Source of the DNA: Candidatus Magasanikiibacteriota bacterium
Lineage (GTDB): Bacteria > Patescibacteriota > Patescibacteriia > Magasanikbacterales > GWA2-37-8
Direction: 5' to 3'
DNA: 64,000 nucleotides
Assembly: GCA_963840935.1 (NCBI GenBank)
Contig: CAWJAS010000001.1
Location: forward strand, 579,834-643,833
In this document: in pieces, positions 58,944-64,000 of the stretch
Layout: the number at the start of each line of letters is the position of its first letter
How positions within the stretch are numbered: position 1 is the first letter of the stretch
Notes under the pieces: generated by a model
The model's input: the letters and a program-made list of their open reading frames with translations, nothing else
Databases searched by the model: none
What the model was told of the DNA's origin: nothing
Position numbers and translations under genes: made by a program

Positions 58944-60236
58944 TTATCTTCCCTCCCACTCCCCTGTTTGCCTGACCAAAAGTTCTTTGGCACGCAATGG
59001 TTCGGCCATTAATTCTTTGGCTATTTTTTCTGTTCTGATACTTTGTGAACCTTTAATCAAAATCACATCGCCTTTTTTTATTGCATCTTGCAAAAATCTT
59101 CCGGCAGTTTCACTGTCGGCAAATGACAATACCCTGTGTTCATCCATCCCCGCTTCCCTGGCCGAATTCGCTGTGTGCTTGCCAGCTTCTCCAATTGTCA
59201 CAAGCATGTCAATTCCAAGTTCGGCTGTTCTTAGTCCGATTTCGCGATGAGCGTTCTCTGTTTCCGGTCCAAGTTCGAGCATGTCGCCCAAAACCGCGTA
59301 GCGTTCCGCGCCTTCTCTCACTTGAATTCCGGCCAATGTTTTTAAAGCCGATTTGGTCGGTTCAGGCGATGAATTGTATGAATCATCAATTATAAGAGTT
59401 CCTTTAATGCCGGGTAAAATTCTCATGTGTCCGGCAAGCGGTTTTAATTCGCGCAATGCTTTGGCGGCATCAACCAAATTTATGCCAAAAATATGCCCGA
59501 CTGCCATGGCAGACAGCGCGGACGGAATCAAATGTTCTGCCACTGCACCCGGTAAAAGCACAGGAACAAAACTACCTTTAAAATTAACTTTAAAATTCAA
59601 GCCCGCCGGCCATCCGGTTTCCAAATCAGTAATGATATTTACATCGGTTGCCAAAAAATCCGCGCCTTCTTTAAAACCAAAAGTGAAAACCTCGGCACGC
59701 GTTTTTGTATTTTGCATTACCAAGTCGCTGTCAAAATTCACCACCGCGTAATTATCTTCGTTCAAATGCGAAACAATAATCCGTTTTTCTTGGGCGATTT
59801 TTTTTATTGTTTTGAAATATTCGGTGTGAGCGTGAGCAATGTGCGTTAAAACTCCGACTTTGCAAGGGGCAATGTCTGTCAAATAGGCAATGTCGCCGGG
59901 CTTGTCAGCGCCCATTTCCAAAACCATTATCTCCGGATAATCTTTTTGTCTGACGGCGAGCAAATGAATCGCTCGGCAAAATACTTTACACCAACCAAAA
60001 AAAGATTTACCGGGCGTATTTTCAATTCCAATAATCGTTAATGGCAAGCCGATTTCATTGTTGTAATTGTGCGCGTTTGAACGAATATTAAATTTTGTGG
60101 AAAGTACGGCCGACGTCGCTTCTTTGGTGGATGTTTTGCCAATTGAACCGGTAATACCGACCACATCGGGACGATATTTTTTTATTATTTTTTTGGACAA
60201 TTTGCGCAATATCCAGATAACAAATGTTTTTAACAT
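58944..60236 (-). CDS. murF: UDP-MurNAc-tripeptide--D-Ala-D-Ala ligase
   Basis: GITGSIGKTSTKE, NNEIGLPL, LEMGAD, DDSYNSSP, LGDMLELG, IKGS. Confidence 0.95.
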   Translation of the reverse strand: MLKTFVIWILRKLSKKIIKKYRPDVVGITGSIGKTSTKEATSAVLSTKFNIRSNAHNYNNEIGLPLTIIGIENTPGKSFFGWCKVFCRAIHLLAVRQKDYPEIMVLEMGADKPGDIAYLTDIAPCKVGVLTHIAHAHTEYFKTIKKIAQEKRIIVSHLNEDNYAVVNFDSDLVMQNTKTRAEVFTFGFKEGADFLATDVNIITDLETGWPAGLNFKVNFKGSFVPVLLPGAVAEHLIPSALSAMAVGHIFGINLVDAAKALRELKPLAGHMRILPGIKGTLIIDDSYNSSPEPTKSALKTLAGIQVREGAERYAVLGDMLELGPETENAHREIGLRTAELGIDMLVTIGEAGKHTANSAREAGMDEHRVLSFADSETAGRFLQDAIKKGDVILIKGSQSIRTEKIAKELMAEPLRAKELLVRQTGEWEGR

Positions 60237-60250
60237 AAATAAAATTATTA

Positions 60251-61990
60251 TTAATTATTTTTATCTTTTTCCGCGCCCAGATAATCCATGGCGAATTCGG
60301 CCACGTCTTTAAATATTACCGCGGCGGTCGCTTCGGCCCATTGCCTTTCGGGCATCTCATAGTGCACTACCATTACCACGCGCGGATTACCGGCGGGCAC
60401 ATAACCGGCAAAAGTGTGGTTGGTTACATTTTCCAAATAACCGCCCGGACCGGCAATCTGCGCCGTACCTGTTTTTCCGGCGACGTAATAATTATTCATT
60501 CGCACGGAATTCACGTAGGATTTTTCAACCACCGAAGTAAGCATGCCGGAAACTAATTTAGCGGAGCGAGGCGTTATCGCTTGCGCCGTGACTTGCGGTT
60601 CAAATTTTTCTATCTTTCCATTGGCGTACTTAATTTCTTTTATCAGATACGGTTGAGGTACTTTTCCTTCATAAGCCAGAGCGCTGTATGCCAAGGCCAA
60701 CTGCAAAGTTGTCGCGGTAATACCTTGGCCAAAAGAGGCTTGCGCCGTGTAAATTGGGGATTTTTTTTGGAGCGAAGATATGTCACCGGCCAATTCCATA
60801 TCGAGTGGTATGCCGGTTTTTTGGCCAAAACCGAATTTTTCAAGATAAGTTCGCAGTCTACTTGTGCCGATTCTTTCCGCAACCCAAATCATACCCGTAT
60901 TTATGGAATTTTCCAATACTTCGGTCATAGTCACATTATTACCATAGCATTTTTTTAGGGCGTTCCTTATTGTGTATTTATCAAACTGACGCTCACACGG
61001 GTCGTTAAAGGTGGTTTGCGGGCCAACCAACCCCAAATCAATGGCCACAGACATTACAATCGGTTTAAATACCGAACCGATTTCGTAAGCGTTAAATATT
61101 GCGTTGTTATTGAATAATTTTATTGATTCGGTTTCAGAAAAATTATTCGGGTCATAATCCGGCAAACTGCACATGGCGAGCACGGCGCCGGTCGTGGGTT
61201 CAAGCATAATAAGCGACGCACTTTTGGCATTAAACGCTTTCATTCCTTCAGCCAATCTGGCGCAAGCCTTGTATTGCAAAGCACGGTCAACGGTGAGAAT
61301 TATATCCGCTCCGTTTTCCGCTTCGATATTTGTCATTCCGGCCAAAGAAATCCAACCTCCTTGAGCCGCTTTTTCTCCCATAAAAAAACCGGGTTTTCCA
61401 GCCAACACTTTGTTCCAATAGCCTTCCGCGCCGTATTGACCGGATAAATTTTGGTCTTCGTCAAAAGAGCAAAAACCAAGAATGGCGGACGATAAATTTT
61501 CTTCCGGATAATAGCGATATGTTTCCGGACTGCCATAAATTCCTTTCAAACCGGCTTCCTTAATTTTATCCAACGTTTCTTCGGGAATTTTTACGGCTAA
61601 CGGTTCGTACGGGTCGTTCTCTTTTGACAATCTTTCTTTCCATGGCGATGTTGCTTCTTCGGTCAACCCGGTTATTTCAATTAATTTTTCTATTGTTTTA
61701 TCAACTTCATCTTGGGGTATTTCAAGCGGTACACCATATAGCCGATAATATATACGATTAACCGCGGCCGGAAAAATCGCGCCTTTTTGATCTGAAAAAA
61801 ATATCTCACCTCGTTTGGGGTGTAATTTTTGATATATTTCATGCGACGACATGGCCAAAGTGGAATAATAATCATGCTGTAAAATTTGCAAACGAAACAA
61901 CTGGATTCCGGTGATTACGGCAATAATAAGAAACACAAAAGATAATGCTTTTATTTCTTTGTATTCGGAATTTTTATTTTTTTGAAACAT
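60251..61990 (-). CDS. Class B penicillin-binding protein (FtsI/PBP2 family)
   Basis: N-terminal TM, RGEI, RYYP, SVFK, SIN, KTGTAQ. Confidence 0.93.
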   Translation of the reverse strand: MFQKNKNSEYKEIKALSFVFLIIAVITGIQLFRLQILQHDYYSTLAMSSHEIYQKLHPKRGEIFFSDQKGAIFPAAVNRIYYRLYGVPLEIPQDEVDKTIEKLIEITGLTEEATSPWKERLSKENDPYEPLAVKIPEETLDKIKEAGLKGIYGSPETYRYYPEENLSSAILGFCSFDEDQNLSGQYGAEGYWNKVLAGKPGFFMGEKAAQGGWISLAGMTNIEAENGADIILTVDRALQYKACARLAEGMKAFNAKSASLIMLEPTTGAVLAMCSLPDYDPNNFSETESIKLFNNNAIFNAYEIGSVFKPIVMSVAIDLGLVGPQTTFNDPCERQFDKYTIRNALKKCYGNNVTMTEVLENSINTGMIWVAERIGTSRLRTYLEKFGFGQKTGIPLDMELAGDISSLQKKSPIYTAQASFGQGITATTLQLALAYSALAYEGKVPQPYLIKEIKYANGKIEKFEPQVTAQAITPRSAKLVSGMLTSVVEKSYVNSVRMNNYYVAGKTGTAQIAGPGGYLENVTNHTFAGYVPAGNPRVVMVVHYEMPERQWAEATAAVIFKDVAEFAMDYLGAEKDKNN

Positions 61991-63020
61991 AGTCGCTTTT
62001 TAATTGTCCGCAAGCCGCTTTAATGTCTGTTCCCTGAGACAAACGGATGGTGGTGGCAAAACCGGATGCCATTAATTTTTTTTGCCATTTTTTTATAACC
62101 TCGTCGCTTGTCGCCAAAAAATCGCTCCCCCCGATATTTAATGGAATTAAATTAATTCTTACGCGCCCGAGTTTTGACGCCAATTTAATTAATTCTTTTA
62201 GTTCCTTATCGGAATCGTTAATATTGCCAATCAAAACATATTCCAATCCGATAAAATGAGTCCTACTTGGAAAACTTTCGTGGTATTTTTTTGACCACTT
62301 GACCAAAAATTCAAAAAAATCAGCGGTGTGCGAAGGAATTATTTTTTTTCTGGTGGCGGACACAGCCGAATGAAGGGAGAGTGCAAATCTAACCGGTGGA
62401 AAATCCGCGTCTTCAACCAACTTTTCCATAGCGGATTTTATTCCGACCGTGGAGATGGTAATTTTTGTTTCGCCGATTGAAGTATATTTTAAAATCAGAT
62501 TTATCGCTTTTTTCACTTCATCATAATTAAGAAGCGGTTCGCCTTGGCCCATAAAAACCAAATTATCAATCTTGCCGTTATTTTTTTGACTGATAAGATT
62601 ATTCCAAAATCTGTATTGGGCTATAATTTCTTCCGCCGTTAAATTTCTTGAAAATTTGAGCGAACCGGTGGCGCAAAACAGGCAACCCATCGGGCACCCG
62701 ACCTGAGAAGACAAACAAACGGTATGGCGATGCTCCGTGTCACCCGATATTTTTTTTGATTGGCGAGGCATTAAGACGGTTTCTACCGCGCTCTTATCAT
62801 CAAAAACAAGCAATGCTTTTTGGGTATTATCAATTTTACTGGTTTGAAGAACTTCTTGTTTTGCCGGCATCCATTTTACGGCCTTTAATTTTTCGCGCAA
62901 GTCTTTGGGCAAATCGCTCATGTCATTAAAACTTTTTATTTGCGGATTAAACCAAGCGCGATAAATTTGCTCGCGTCGATATTTTGGTTGACTAATTAAA
63001 ATATTTTCAATTTCTTCCAT
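61974..63020 (-). CDS. rlmN: RlmN-family radical SAM RNA methyltransferase
   Basis: CLSSQVGCPMGCLFCATG, MGQGEP, SLH, INLIP, AACGQL. Confidence 0.9.
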   Translation of the reverse strand: MEEIENILISQPKYRREQIYRAWFNPQIKSFNDMSDLPKDLREKLKAVKWMPAKQEVLQTSKIDNTQKALLVFDDKSAVETVLMPRQSKKISGDTEHRHTVCLSSQVGCPMGCLFCATGSLKFSRNLTAEEIIAQYRFWNNLISQKNNGKIDNLVFMGQGEPLLNYDEVKKAINLILKYTSIGETKITISTVGIKSAMEKLVEDADFPPVRFALSLHSAVSATRKKIIPSHTADFFEFLVKWSKKYHESFPSRTHFIGLEYVLIGNINDSDKELKELIKLASKLGRVRINLIPLNIGGSDFLATSDEVIKKWQKKLMASGFATTIRLSQGTDIKAACGQLKSDYVSKK

Positions 63021-64000
63021 AATCGTGCTTATTGCCGGCTCGTAATAATAAAACCGTTAAACCCATCACAATAAACGAAATGGCATAAACGGATAAATAT
63101 ATGGCCAGTGAAATTTGGGGTAAATGAAACAAGCTTTGAGTAGGCGGTAAAAACACAATAAATGATAGGGCGACATACGTGATTAAACCAATGGCAATCA
63201 AAACAAAATTATTTTTAACTTGGTACCATTCACGAGACAAAAAGATAAGCATAATCTGCGAGACGATTAAGGCGACAAAAGCCAAGCCTCGCCCCATTTC
63301 ATGGTCGTTTTTAAAAATCGAATAGTAAAGATAAAAGCCGATGCTTACCAAAAAAATCGCCACTGCTTGCGCGGAGATTCTACAAAGTAAACTTTTGGGA
63401 ATTAAAGATTCGTCTGTCGGACGTGGTTTTTGACTCATAATATTTTTTGGCGCTTTCTCGCGTTCAAAACCAAGCACTGACGCCGGGTCGCAAATCAATT
63501 CCAAAAACACGACATGAATGGGCAAAAAAATTAAAGGGTCTCCAAAAAATAACGGAAAAATCGCCAATCCGACAATCGGCAAATGAAATGAAATCAAATA
63601 GGAAAATGATTGTTGTAAATTGCGGTAAATTTTTCGCCCTTCCCTGACCGCATTCGCGATTGTAAAAAAATCATCATCAAGTAAAATCATATCCGATGCT
63701 TCTCTGGCCACCTCTGTTCCGCGTATTCCCATAGCAACGCCGATATCGGCTTTTTTGAGCGCCGGCGCGTCGTTAACGCCGTCGCCGGTCATGGCGACAA
63801 TTTCTTTATTTTGTTGAAGCGCATCAACGATTAAAAATTTTTGTTCCGGTTTTACTCGGGCATAAATGTTATATTCGGTCACCGCTTTTCGCAAAGCGGC
63901 CGGTGACATTTTTTCCAAATCATCGCCATATATTACTTTTTTATGATTTTTTATTCCGACGCGCTCAGCAATGGCGGACGCGGTCAATTGGCTGTCTCCG
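63007..64000 (-). CDS. Cation-translocating P-type ATPase, 5'-partial
   Basis: YARVKPEQK, MTGDGVNDAPALKKADIGVAMG, C-terminal TM helices. Confidence 0.95.
   Translation of the reverse strand, partial: GDSQLTASAIAERVGIKNHKKVIYGDDLEKMSPAALRKAVTEYNIYARVKPEQKFLIVDALQQNKEIVAMTGDGVNDAPALKKADIGVAMGIRGTEVAREASDMILLDDDFFTIANAVREGRKIYRNLQQSFSYLISFHLPIVGLAIFPLFFGDPLIFLPIHVVFLELICDPASVLGFEREKAPKNIMSQKPRPTDESLIPKSLLCRISAQAVAIFLVSIGFYLYYSIFKNDHEMGRGLAFVALIVSQIMLIFLSREWYQVKNNFVLIAIGLITYVALSFIVFLPPTQSLFHLPQISLAIYLSVYAISFIVMGLTVLLLRAGNKHDYGRN

Overview
AT-rich bacterial chromosome segment using the standard code (TAA/TAG/TGA all act as stops). It is most likely Patescibacteria/CPR (inference from RpoA lacking the alpha-CTD, a short AlaRS, PriA without Walker A, a solitary coupling-protein-like ATPase and SD-less core genes). 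It carries housekeeping genes (priA-def-fmt, the infA-rpmJ-rpsM-rpsK-rpsD-rpoA-rplQ-rplM-rpsI block, alaS, mnmA, dnaB, ybaB-recR, rplU, rpmA, tsaE, queH, murF, a class B PBP, rlmN), tRNA-Glu(CTC), and a ~21.6 kb minus-strand surface-glycan locus (gmd, two fcl-like genes, GT11, five methyltransferases) with several lesions. Four non-gene signals stand out. (1) A family of short TGTCATT-tagged palindromic repeats forms a mosaic array at 47.2-47.4 kb and is also inserted in frame inside mnmA, tsaE and queH. (2) A 211-bp structured element after tRNA-Glu carries both an inverted and a direct copy of the tRNA 3' end. (3) A GC-rich HD gene forms a self-contained cassette, bracketed by direct repeats and by complementary UTRs. 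(4) Several long intergenic hairpins or leaders occur. No CRISPR array, transposase, integrase or reverse transcriptase was seen. All calls come from reading motifs by eye; no database search was run.
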